From the NCBI GenBank assembly GCA_964509695.1, contig CAZDXN010000001.1, positions 51,188-115,187 of the forward strand: DNA of 64,000 nt, read 5' to 3'. Below are positions 16,834-26,182 of this stretch, one piece after another. The notes beneath the pieces were generated by a model. That model worked only from the letters and a program-made list of their open reading frames with translations, was not told the origin of the DNA and ran no database searches. The stretch is from an uncultured Pseudomonadales bacterium (lineage in GTDB: Bacteria; Patescibacteriota; Microgenomatia; UBA1400; MFAQ01). Every line of letters begins with the position of its first letter. Within the stretch, counting starts at the first letter, position 1. The translations under genes and the position numbers were made by a program.

Positions 16834-17760
16834 ATGGCAAAAAAGATTCTTGTCACTGGTGGCGCTGGCTTCATTGGTTCAAATACCACCAAACTACTTT
16901 GCGATAAAGGATTCCAAGTTGTTGTTTTTGATAATCTCTCTACCGGGTATAGGAAGCTTGTCGATACACGGGCAAAATTTATCAAGGGAGATCTCCTAAA
17001 TCAAAACGAGATTACCGAGGCACTCAAGGGGGTTGATCGCGTATTTCACTTTGCCGCCACCAGCTATATCAAAATCAGCATCGACGATTCGATTGGTTGT
17101 TTTCAGAACAATATCATGGCCACGGTCAATCTACTGGAAGCGATGAGAAAAAATAAGATCAAGTATCTGGTCAACTCCTCATCTGCCGCAGTTTATGGCG
17201 AACCGGAAATGATTCCAGTCAAAGAGGACTCCGTCAAACAACCACACCAGCCCTATGGTGGCTCGAAATTGGCAGTCGAGGCGGTTTTGTCTTCCTATTA
17301 CCACTCTTTTGGCATCAACAGCACCTCGCTTCGCTTTTTCAACGCCTACGGTCCGTTTGATGAACAGCGGCCAATTACTCGGGCCGTTCCCAATTGGATC
17401 AAACAAGTCTTAAATAACCAGCCAATTTCTCTCTATTGGAAAGGAAAACAACTTAGAGACTATGTCTTCGTTGAGGACATCGCCAGAGCTCACTTAGCTG
17501 TCATGGATCTATCAGGATATAACTATTTCAATATTGGTTCCGGAAAAGGAATTTTTATGATTGATCTGCTCGAAAGCATTTTCAAGGCGATCGGAAAGCA
17601 GACTCCCACCACAGATCTGGGGGAAAGGCCGGGCGATCCGATGAACTTGGTGGCTGACACGACAAAAATAGAGAAAGCCATTGGTTGGAAGCCCAGTTTC
17701 TCGCTGGATATGGGAATCAAATTAACCGTCGATTACTTCAAGAACTCAAGATTCAAATGA
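16834..17760 (+). CDS. NAD-dependent nucleotide-sugar epimerase/dehydratase (GalE-like)
   Basis: VTGGAGFIG, SSSAAVYG, YGGSK, RFFNAYGP, RDYVFV, RPGDP. Confidence 0.9.
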   Translation: MAKKILVTGGAGFIGSNTTKLLCDKGFQVVVFDNLSTGYRKLVDTRAKFIKGDLLNQNEITEALKGVDRVFHFAATSYIKISIDDSIGCFQNNIMATVNLLEAMRKNKIKYLVNSSSAAVYGEPEMIPVKEDSVKQPHQPYGGSKLAVEAVLSSYYHSFGINSTSLRFFNAYGPFDEQRPITRAVPNWIKQVLNNQPISLYWKGKQLRDYVFVEDIARAHLAVMDLSGYNYFNIGSGKGIFMIDLLESIFKAIGKQTPTTDLGERPGDPMNLVADTTKIEKAIGWKPSFSLDMGIKLTVDYFKNSRFK

Positions 17761-18743
17761 TCATCTCCCAGACTCCCTTACGAATGAGTTTTGTTGGCGG
17801 CGGATCCGACTTGCCGTCTTTTTACCGGAAACAAGTCGGAGCCGTTGTCAGTGCCACCATCGATAAATATATCTACATCAACGTCAACAAAAAATTTGAC
17901 AACCAAATCAGGGCGAGCTATTCCATCACCGAGTTTGTTGACAAACCATCGAAGCTGAAGCACGAGCTGATCCGTGAATCTCTTAAACTTCTTGGAATAA
18001 AAAGCGGAATCGAAATTACTTCTATCGCCGACATTCCCTCGGGAGGCACCGGCCTAGGCTCTTCTAGTAGTTATACCGTTGGACTTCTAAACGCGCTAAA
18101 TGCATACCTTTCCAGATTTTCCAGCAAAGAACACCTAGCCTCTACCGCGTGTCGAGTTGAAATCGATAAGTGTAGAAAACCCATCGGCAAACAGGACCAA
18201 TACGCCGCCGCTTACGGTGGTCTAAATTTGATAGAGTTTCAACCGGATAATTCAGTAGTAGTTAATCCAATCATTTGTAAAGCTGACACCAAACACAAAC
18301 TCAACCAAAATCTATTATTACTCTATACAGGTATTTCTCGTTCTGCTGACGCCATTCTAGTTCACCAAAATAAGAACATGCTCTCAAACCACAAAACCCG
18401 CGATTTATTGGCCCAAATGGTCAAGCTCGCCTATCATCAAGCTGAATCTATTTCAAAAAATAACTTGAAGTCTTTTGGTGAAGCTTTAGATGAAAACTGG
18501 AAGATGAAGACAAAGCTTAGTCAAGGGATTAGCAATCCTACATTCGACAAATGGTATAACACAGCCAAAAGCAATGGGGCTATCGGCGGGAAAATCCTTG
18601 GCGCTGGCGGCGGGGGATTCTTCCTCCTTTATGCCCCCAAAAGTAAGCACGAGTCTATTGTCGAATCTCTCCCCAAGTTAAGAAAAATCAATTTCAATTT
18701 CGACGCGGAGGGTAGTAAAATTATCTATTATCAAGAAAACTAA
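17757..18743 (+). CDS. hddA: GHMP sugar kinase, D-glycero-alpha-D-manno-heptose-7-phosphate kinase (HddA)-like
   Basis: TPLRMSFVGGGSD, GTGLGSSS, GKQDQYAAAYGG, GGKILGAGGGG. Start at the ATGA overlap with the upstream stop. Confidence 0.8.
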   Translation: MIISQTPLRMSFVGGGSDLPSFYRKQVGAVVSATIDKYIYINVNKKFDNQIRASYSITEFVDKPSKLKHELIRESLKLLGIKSGIEITSIADIPSGGTGLGSSSSYTVGLLNALNAYLSRFSSKEHLASTACRVEIDKCRKPIGKQDQYAAAYGGLNLIEFQPDNSVVVNPIICKADTKHKLNQNLLLLYTGISRSADAILVHQNKNMLSNHKTRDLLAQMVKLAYHQAESISKNNLKSFGEALDENWKMKTKLSQGISNPTFDKWYNTAKSNGAIGGKILGAGGGGFFLLYAPKSKHESIVESLPKLRKINFNFDAEGSKIIYYQEN

Positions 18744-18754
18744 CTAACTCACAT

Positions 18755-19282
18755 TTATTTGAACAACTCAACTTCAAAGATATTATTGTACTGTTTGAGA
18801 TAACTTGAAGTAAAATATACCCGGTAATATCGGTAGGCGGTATCGTTTTCAAATTCTACTGTGACCGGACTGGCGCCCATTGCTTCTGATCTTGACAGTA
18901 AATCTGTCCAGTCAGAATCATTATTTGACCCCTGCAATTTCCAATCTCTGAGTTGATTAGAAGATGAACGAACGTATACTTCCCTCGCAGTTTTTGTAAC
19001 CCCATCGCCCAAGTCGTACTTCCACCAGTGTGGGTAGGTGGAACTTGAGGAGTTCCAAAATGTATCGTTGTTATTATCAACAGCGTTATCAACCACGTTC
19101 AGACCCTCTATCGTGTCAGCGCTGGCTATTCCACCACTTAAGAAATCTGTCTCGGTTTTACCACCAAGAACTTCCGCTTTTTGTATCACTGGTTCGGCGA
19201 CCGGAGGAATGGCTGTAGGCTTGCAGGCGGCCAAGAACAAAGCCGAAACTAGTAATAAGCCAAGGGTTGTATACGTTTTCAT
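18755..19282 (-). CDS. Putative lipoprotein with discoidin (F5/8 type C)-like domain
   Basis: Lipobox-like LFLAAC; NAVD...TFWNS...PHWWKYDLG...WKLQGSN...WT...YRYYR...EVELF. Confidence 0.75.
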   Translation of the reverse strand: MKTYTTLGLLLVSALFLAACKPTAIPPVAEPVIQKAEVLGGKTETDFLSGGIASADTIEGLNVVDNAVDNNNDTFWNSSSSTYPHWWKYDLGDGVTKTAREVYVRSSSNQLRDWKLQGSNNDSDWTDLLSRSEAMGASPVTVEFENDTAYRYYRVYFTSSYLKQYNNIFEVELFK

Positions 19283-19289
19283 TAAGTAT

Positions 19290-19499
19290 TTAACTATTAA
19301 TTAATTTTATAGCTTCAGATGGACACGCCAGTGCCGCATTCTTAGCCATTTTATGGGTGGTCTTTTCACCTCCGTCAACCATTTTTCTAACTATCGACAC
19401 CATTCCCGTCTTTCCCTCCTTCATTTCAAAGATCTCAGGCGCCAATTCTACACATAGCCCGCAGCCAATACATAATTTGGGGTCGACTATTGCCTTCAT
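19290..19499 (-). CDS. Single-cluster ferredoxin
   Basis: CIGCGLC...ACP(S)EAI in a 69-aa protein. Confidence 0.9.
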   Translation of the reverse strand: MKAIVDPKLCIGCGLCVELAPEIFEMKEGKTGMVSIVRKMVDGGEKTTHKMAKNAALACPSEAIKLINS

Positions 19500-19578
19500 G
19501 AATGTAAAATACCATATATAGCGAGTTTATGAAAGTCATCTCCTTGCATCCTTGATTTAGAAAAATGATATAAATTAC

Positions 19579-21084
19579 ATGACTATGAAAGTTCTCCTCA
19601 TTAATCCCCCCTGGATATTAGACCAAAAAGACCAAGACTTTTTTCGTGTTACTCAGCCAGAAGGGCTAGGCTATATCAGTGCTGTTCTCAAGCAAGGGAG
19701 CCACGCGGTCAAACTTGTTGATGCTGCCGCCAGCGGCTGGTATAAAAAAAGAACCCTCCCCGATGGCAGAATCTATTACGGTCTTTCACACAATGAAATA
19801 GCCAGTATTATAAGGAAATTCAAACCGAAACTTGTTGGTATCTCTATAATATCGTCCCTGTTAAAAAATAATGGCTATTCACTTGCAAAATATATTAAAA
19901 ATAAATTTCCTTCAACCAAAATCGTCATCGGCGGTCCCCACCCATCGGTGACAGTCAAGGAATCGCTTAATAATTCATTTATAGACTTCGTTGTCTTCGG
20001 AGAGGGAGAAATCACGACCTTGGATTTAGTCAACCAATTGAGTAGACAAAAACCACGTTTCAAAGGAATTAATGGTCTTGCTTACAAATCAAAGGGAAAA
20101 ATATTCATTAACCCCATTAGGGATTTCATCAAAGATTTGGATAGTCTACCCTTCCCCGATCGAAGTCAGTATCCAATGCACGATTATTTTAAGGCTTCAC
20201 AAAAGCTCCTCTCCTCTTTCGCCCTTTCGACCTACAACAAACGCTGGGGAACCGTAATTAGTAGTCGGGGTTGTCCTTACAACTGCATCTTTTGCTCCAT
20301 TCATTTAACAATGGGGAAAATCTGGCGTTCACGCAGCGCCGAAAACGTCATGGCAGAAGTTGAACAACTGGTAAATAAATATCGAATTCAGAAAATTGCC
20401 TTTCTCGACGACAATATGACCTTTGATATTGAAAGAGTTCATCGAATTTGTGACCTTATTTTGGAAAGAAAATTAAAATTTCGATGGAGCACACCAAACG
20501 GAATTAGAGCTGATCGTTTAGACGAGACATTACTACTCAAAATGAAAAAAGCCGGTTGCGTCAGGATCGCCGTGGCTCCAGAAAGTGGCAGTCAAAAAGT
20601 GGTTTATCATTTAATAGGGAAGGCTCTTGATCTGAAAAAAGTTGTCGAAATAGTAAAAATCTGTAAGCGTATCGGGCTTAAAGTCGATTGTTTTTTCGTT
20701 ATGGGTTTACCAGGGGAAACAAAAAGAAACCTCCGTCAAACAATCAACTTTGCCTCCCACTTGAAAAGATTAGGCGCCAGCGGATTCAATTTGGCGATAG
20801 CTACCCCGTTCATTGGGACACGTCTCCATAAAGTATTCACCGACAAGGGCTTTCTCAAACCAGATTTCGATGAGTTTACAATGTTCAGGAATGAGTCTTT
20901 CATCGAAACGGACACTCTCAAAGCTGCCGATCTCATAAGATACAAAAACATCGCAGCGCGGCTGAATAGATTCCCGGTAGAATATATTAAATTTATAATA
21001 CTAGTTCTTTTCCGTGACCCAGAAAGATTTATTCGTCTATTCAAAGCGCAAATCCCCTCGAATTTTGCATTTATAAAGAAATAA
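19579..21084 (+). CDS. Cobalamin-binding-domain radical SAM protein
   Basis: LLINPP, GLGYI, IGGPHPS, GEGE, SRGCPYNCIFC, FLDDN, ESGS. Confidence 0.9.
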   Translation: MTMKVLLINPPWILDQKDQDFFRVTQPEGLGYISAVLKQGSHAVKLVDAAASGWYKKRTLPDGRIYYGLSHNEIASIIRKFKPKLVGISIISSLLKNNGYSLAKYIKNKFPSTKIVIGGPHPSVTVKESLNNSFIDFVVFGEGEITTLDLVNQLSRQKPRFKGINGLAYKSKGKIFINPIRDFIKDLDSLPFPDRSQYPMHDYFKASQKLLSSFALSTYNKRWGTVISSRGCPYNCIFCSIHLTMGKIWRSRSAENVMAEVEQLVNKYRIQKIAFLDDNMTFDIERVHRICDLILERKLKFRWSTPNGIRADRLDETLLLKMKKAGCVRIAVAPESGSQKVVYHLIGKALDLKKVVEIVKICKRIGLKVDCFFVMGLPGETKRNLRQTINFASHLKRLGASGFNLAIATPFIGTRLHKVFTDKGFLKPDFDEFTMFRNESFIETDTLKAADLIRYKNIAARLNRFPVEYIKFIILVLFRDPERFIRLFKAQIPSNFAFIKK

Positions 21085-21089
21085 ACGAT

Positions 21090-22964
21090 ATGTGCGGAAT
21101 CGCTGGATTTAGATCAGCCGGTAATGAAAATAACAAGGTAACTCTCGACTCGATGTTGGCCACAATTACTCACCGTGGTCCTGATGAGAAGGGCGTTTTG
21201 TTTGATAAAGATCTCTCAATCGGCATGCGTCGACTTTCCATCATCGACCTTAATACCGGCAGTCAACCGATCTTTAATGAAGATAAGTCTATCGTTATTG
21301 TCTTCAACGGTGAAATATACAATTTCCAAAAACTATACCGGGATCTAAAAAGAAAAGGTCACAAATTTAGAACCAAAACAGACACCGAAGCGATCATTCA
21401 TTTATACGAAGATTTGGGTATTAGGTGTGTCGAAAAGCTAAACGGCATGTTTGCCTTTTGTATCTACGATAAATCAAAGGGAAAATTATTTTTTGCCGTC
21501 GATCGAGCTGGCAAAAAACCTTTATACATATATCATTCCGGACCCAATTTTGCTTTTTCCTCAGAACTAAAAAGTTTTTACAAGCTTCCATTTTTCAAAA
21601 AGCGCCTTAATATACCCGCTCTTGATAAATTCTTTCTTTATGGTTATATTCCCTCCCCCCTCACACCATATCTGAATACAGTAAAACTTCCAGGAGGTAG
21701 CCTTGCCGTTTTTGATATGCGCGAAAATAGTTTGACTTACAAGAATTATTGGGACTTTGATTATTCAGAAAAACTCGACCTTTCAGAAGCTGAATGGGTA
21801 AAGAAGATTGATCGTCTTCTCACCCAATCGGTTAGAAGTCGACTTGTATCTGACGTTCCCCTAGGCTGTTTCTTGAGTGGTGGGGTCGATAGTAGTCTCG
21901 TCGTAGCTTGCATGAGCAAGTTCCTCAAGGGTAGAGATATAAAGACTTTTAGCATTGGCTTCGATGAACAAAGAGTGAATGAATCGAATTATGCACGACA
22001 AGTAGCGGATCTGTATCACACCGACCACCATCTAAAGATATTTCCTCAAAACGAGGCGCTTTCCGTTAGCCGGGAAATCTTTACCAAGATGGATGAGCCG
22101 CTAGCCGACCCCTCCATCCTTCCCACTTTTCTACTCTCCCAATTCACTCGCGGTTACGTCACTGTTTCTCTTAGCGGGGACGGTGGCGATGAAATGTTTG
22201 GTGGCTATCCAAAGTATTACATCCACCGCTATGCCCGTTATCTGGACATGCTTCCTGAAAAGCTGAAACTGAGCCTAGCAGAAAAGATATCTCAAAGACT
22301 AAAGACTAGCCCCAATAATAAATATCTAAACTACAAAGCAATTAGATTTTTGAATAGTCTCAAGTACCCACCCATACTTCGAAATCAGATCTGGTCGGGG
22401 AGCTTTTTACCAGATGAGGCCGGCCATCTAATTTCTGACATTAAAAGTAACGCTGTCGACCTAATGACCGAAGCACCGGAACTTATCAGGAGTCAAACAT
22501 TTTCGGACCCTCTCGATATAATGTTATATCTCGACGCCAAGCTAATGCTTAAAGACGCCTATTTAACCAAGGTTGACCGTGCCAGTATGGCCGCATCGCT
22601 CGAAGTTCGCTCTCCATTTTTGGACAAATCGATTCTCGATATTACCGGCCGAATCCCCCTTGGATTAAAAGTAAAAGGCAGACAGACCAAATATCTCCTA
22701 AAGCTAGTTGCAGAAAAATATTTCCCCAGAGAGTTGGTCTATCGCCACAAACAGGGTTTTGGCCTACCCCTCGCCGAATGGTTTCGTCGAAAGGAATTAA
22801 CCTCTGAAATTAGAGAGCTACTAGGACAGAGAAGGGGAGTGGATAGACTTTCAACCTCATATATAAATTCACTGATAAGAATGCATCAAAATGGTACCTT
22901 TGATTACTCAACCCAACTCTGGACTATCTATGCCTACCTCAACTGGGTTCAATATAACCTTTAA
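21090..22964 (+). CDS. asnB: Asparagine synthase (glutamine-hydrolysing) family amidotransferase
   Basis: MCGIAG, HRGPD, RRLSIID, FNGEIYN, FLSGGVDSS, SGDGGDE, KVDRASM, EVRSPFLD. Confidence 0.92.
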   Translation: MCGIAGFRSAGNENNKVTLDSMLATITHRGPDEKGVLFDKDLSIGMRRLSIIDLNTGSQPIFNEDKSIVIVFNGEIYNFQKLYRDLKRKGHKFRTKTDTEAIIHLYEDLGIRCVEKLNGMFAFCIYDKSKGKLFFAVDRAGKKPLYIYHSGPNFAFSSELKSFYKLPFFKKRLNIPALDKFFLYGYIPSPLTPYLNTVKLPGGSLAVFDMRENSLTYKNYWDFDYSEKLDLSEAEWVKKIDRLLTQSVRSRLVSDVPLGCFLSGGVDSSLVVACMSKFLKGRDIKTFSIGFDEQRVNESNYARQVADLYHTDHHLKIFPQNEALSVSREIFTKMDEPLADPSILPTFLLSQFTRGYVTVSLSGDGGDEMFGGYPKYYIHRYARYLDMLPEKLKLSLAEKISQRLKTSPNNKYLNYKAIRFLNSLKYPPILRNQIWSGSFLPDEAGHLISDIKSNAVDLMTEAPELIRSQTFSDPLDIMLYLDAKLMLKDAYLTKVDRASMAASLEVRSPFLDKSILDITGRIPLGLKVKGRQTKYLLKLVAEKYFPRELVYRHKQGFGLPLAEWFRRKELTSEIRELLGQRRGVDRLSTSYINSLIRMHQNGTFDYSTQLWTIYAYLNWVQYNL

Positions 22965-22967
22965 CAA

Positions 22968-23882
22968 ATGACCAAAGAGCTTGTTTCCATAATTATTCCG
23001 ACACGAAACCGATGTCAAAAATTACTTCGGTGTTTAAATTCGCTAGAAAAAATCAATTATCCTTACACCGAAACGATCATCGTCGATAACGCCTCATCAG
23101 ACGATACCGTCGCAACAATAAAAAAACGATTCCCAAAGCACAAAGTAATAAGACTTTCAAAAAACAAAGGCGCTGTTGGTGGTAGGAACGCTGGACTCAA
23201 GTTCGCTCGTGGTAAATATTTACTTTTTGTTGACGACGACAATATCGTCACGGTAAATTTCCTAGACAAACTGGTTCAGCTGGCAATCACCGACCCGACG
23301 ATCGGTTTCGTCGGTCCCAAAATGAATTACTTCAAAGACAAAAAACGAATTTGGTTCGCCGGCGTCAAGATAAATCTATTAACCTCATGGACCCATTACC
23401 TTGGAATAAACCAACTGGACCGTGGCCAATTTGATCAAATTAGGGAGATAGATCAGATCCCCAATGTTTGGTTGGTAAAGAGAGAGGTCGTAGAAAAAAT
23501 TGGAGGACTCGATAAGAATTATGTCATGTCCTATGGCGAGTCAGACTGGCCAATGAGAGCAAAGAGGGCGGGGTTCAGGGTTCTATTCTGCCCTGGCTCG
23601 GTCGTTTATCACGATATCGTTCCGCCGAAGAATCTCAAAGAAAACATCCTACTTCGAGCCACACCATATCGAGCCTATTATTTTGCCAGAAATCGGATCA
23701 TTTTTATGCGCCGCTTTACCAGTAAAGCCAACTTTCTAATTTTTCTTTTCATATTCAATAATTTGTTCACCATTTATTATCTTTACACTTATTCTAAAGG
23801 AGGAAAGTTCAATCTTTGTTTTTGGCACCTACGGGGAATCGTTGACGGGATACTTAATAGAAATTATCAATTCAAGGAATAG
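22968..23882 (+). CDS. GT2 glycosyltransferase
   Basis: VSIIIPTRNR, VDNASSD, FVDDDN, GGLD...YGESDW. Confidence 0.88.
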   Translation: MTKELVSIIIPTRNRCQKLLRCLNSLEKINYPYTETIIVDNASSDDTVATIKKRFPKHKVIRLSKNKGAVGGRNAGLKFARGKYLLFVDDDNIVTVNFLDKLVQLAITDPTIGFVGPKMNYFKDKKRIWFAGVKINLLTSWTHYLGINQLDRGQFDQIREIDQIPNVWLVKREVVEKIGGLDKNYVMSYGESDWPMRAKRAGFRVLFCPGSVVYHDIVPPKNLKENILLRATPYRAYYFARNRIIFMRRFTSKANFLIFLFIFNNLFTIYYLYTYSKGGKFNLCFWHLRGIVDGILNRNYQFKE

Positions 23883-23919
23883 ATAGACGAATGAAGGCTC
23901 TTACGTTATATTTAGCCAA

Positions 23920-25371
23920 ATGAAAGTTCTGTTAGTTAGCCCCTGGATGAAGACTTTGTATGGTGATGAAAAAACCGTCCCCGGCCATCCTCATCTTGGA
24001 TTGGGGTATCTGACCGCGGTTCTAAAGAAGAATAAACACCAAGTCAGGGTCTTTGACCAGGCCATCGAAAACGATGACGCGAAACTCTATGAATTAATTA
24101 GATCATTCAAACCAGACTTGATTGGATTTAATGCCTTTAGTTATTGCACCAAGTACGTTTCGGATCTTTCACAAGAAGTTAGGAAACGGACCAAAACTCC
24201 ATTAATTCTCGGAGGACCCCATGTCTCCGCGGTTCGTTCTCGCGTACTGGAACAAATGCCCTTTGATTACGCCATCAAAGGTGAAGCCGAAGCTAGTTTG
24301 CTGGTATTTCTAAACGAAATGAAGAAAAAAAAGCCAAAATTTGACACAGTCAAAGGATTAATTTGGCGTAATTCAAAAGGGGAGATTATTGAAAACCAGG
24401 ACATGGCCTACATACATGACCTCGACGCAATTCCTTTTCCGGATTATTCTGAATTCAAATTCGAAAAATATGCCTATTTTACCAGCAAAACCATGCCCAT
24501 CATTACCAGCCGAGGATGCCCCTATGGCTGTAACTATTGCTCGGTCAAGTTATCTATGGGGAGAGGATTCCGCCCACGAAGCCCCCAAAATGTTTTAGCT
24601 GAAATAAAACATTGGTGCGGACAAGGATTCAAAAAATTCGAGATCAATGACGACTGTTTCAGTTTGGACTTGAAAAGAGCCGAGAAAATCTGCGATCTAC
24701 TGATCGAACAAAAGCTAAATATCAGCTACGATATGTATAACGGTATCCGCGCCGACAGGGTAAGTAAGATTCTTCTCCAAAAAATGAAAAACTCAGGCTG
24801 CAAATTCATTTCTTATGGTTGTGAATCAGGAGATCAAAATATCATTATTTCCATGGGAAAGAATCTCAAACTTACGGAAGTAACAAAAGCAGTAAAATTG
24901 ACAAATAAAATCGGCATTAGAAACTCGGTAAACTTTATTATTGGCCACTCAAGCGAAACCAAAAAATCAGCCGAAAAAACACTAGAGTTTGCCAAGAAAC
25001 TTCCCACAGACTTCGTGAACTTTTACAACGTCATTCCTTATCCTGGAACCGATCTATATAACTGGATCGAAAAAAAAGGCCAGTGGATTTATCACCCTGA
25101 CTACATCATGAAGAATATCGGTAGTCGGGACTTGAAACCCGCCTTTGAAACTGAGGGGTTCTCTTCTGAAGAAAGAATTGTAACCCTTAAAAAAGGCTTT
25201 GCCCTTTACGAAAAAAGCGTTCTCAATTTTCGTTTTGGCAAATTCTTTGGGAGAGTCATATATTACCTTACTCGAAATCGAAAGATTTTTTCAGCGGCAC
25301 TCAAGCTGATGCTAAGTACTAAATTGGGCTTTAAATTATATTCTTTAATAACATTTAAATCGCGCCAATAA
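23920..25371 (+). CDS. Cobalamin-binding-domain radical SAM protein
   Basis: PHLGLGYL, LGGPHVS, GEAE, TSRGCPYGCNYC, NDDCF, GCESG. Confidence 0.9.
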   Translation: MKVLLVSPWMKTLYGDEKTVPGHPHLGLGYLTAVLKKNKHQVRVFDQAIENDDAKLYELIRSFKPDLIGFNAFSYCTKYVSDLSQEVRKRTKTPLILGGPHVSAVRSRVLEQMPFDYAIKGEAEASLLVFLNEMKKKKPKFDTVKGLIWRNSKGEIIENQDMAYIHDLDAIPFPDYSEFKFEKYAYFTSKTMPIITSRGCPYGCNYCSVKLSMGRGFRPRSPQNVLAEIKHWCGQGFKKFEINDDCFSLDLKRAEKICDLLIEQKLNISYDMYNGIRADRVSKILLQKMKNSGCKFISYGCESGDQNIIISMGKNLKLTEVTKAVKLTNKIGIRNSVNFIIGHSSETKKSAEKTLEFAKKLPTDFVNFYNVIPYPGTDLYNWIEKKGQWIYHPDYIMKNIGSRDLKPAFETEGFSSEERIVTLKKGFALYEKSVLNFRFGKFFGRVIYYLTRNRKIFSAALKLMLSTKLGFKLYSLITFKSRQ

Positions 25372-26180
25372 TGTTACCTCAAGTCGAAGATATCTTTATC
25401 GTTGTCAACCGGATCAACTCCAAACCATGTGTTTGGTCTTATCTTACCTCAATCGAATATATGCTTCGAAGCAAACTTTACATGAGTTATCTTCTCAGAG
25501 ACGCTAAATCAGTCGGCGACGAACTTAAAATACTCGAAAAGAGAAAGAACAAGGGTCTAAAGGTTTTAGATATCGGCACCGGTTCGGGAATCTTTGCCGT
25601 GTTGTTACGTAAAGAAAATAAGCGAATCAGGTTAGAGGGACTCGACGCCTTCGTCAATACCAGCCAATCCGATCCGAATTTCCACGATACAGCAAAACAA
25701 CAAAAATCACTCTGGGAAAGTCTTTCATCAAGCTACAATGTTAAGTTTTCTCACTACGATGGTCTAAAAATCCCTTACAAAGACGAATCATTTGATATCA
25801 TCACCGCCTACGCCGTTATCGAGCACGTCTTTCCCCCAGACCTAGATAGAGTTGTGAAAGAAATACGTCGTGTCCTGAAAAAGGATGGACTACTCTTCAT
25901 TTTTAAATGTCCGCGGACATTATCATATAACGAACACCTCGCCAAGTTCATAGGGATAAAGGCTCATGATCTGTTGTTTTCCGACAAACAAGTCCGAGAT
26001 TTGTTCAATAAACATCAGTTCAAGATAATTAAACACTGGCGTTCGGATATGGTCCCAGCCTTTCCTGCCAAGCTAACAAATATATTCTATAAACTACTAA
26101 AAGTTCTTGATCACGTTCTGACAGCTAGCCCGCTTCAAATATTTGCCCATCACAACAACCTAGTCGTCAAAAAAAGTTGA
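25371..26180 (+). CDS. Class I SAM-dependent methyltransferase
   Basis: VLDIGTGSG, IPYKDESFDII, VIEHV, EIRRVLKKDG. Confidence 0.88.
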   Translation: MLPQVEDIFIVVNRINSKPCVWSYLTSIEYMLRSKLYMSYLLRDAKSVGDELKILEKRKNKGLKVLDIGTGSGIFAVLLRKENKRIRLEGLDAFVNTSQSDPNFHDTAKQQKSLWESLSSSYNVKFSHYDGLKIPYKDESFDIITAYAVIEHVFPPDLDRVVKEIRRVLKKDGLLFIFKCPRTLSYNEHLAKFIGIKAHDLLFSDKQVRDLFNKHQFKIIKHWRSDMVPAFPAKLTNIFYKLLKVLDHVLTASPLQIFAHHNNLVVKKS

Positions 26181-26182
26181 CC

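Noticed and set aside
23891-23923. Mini-ORF MKALTLYLAK upstream of the 23920 radical SAM gene as another displaced gene start
   Set aside because: Similarity is limited to the first 2-4 codons and cannot be distinguished from chance.
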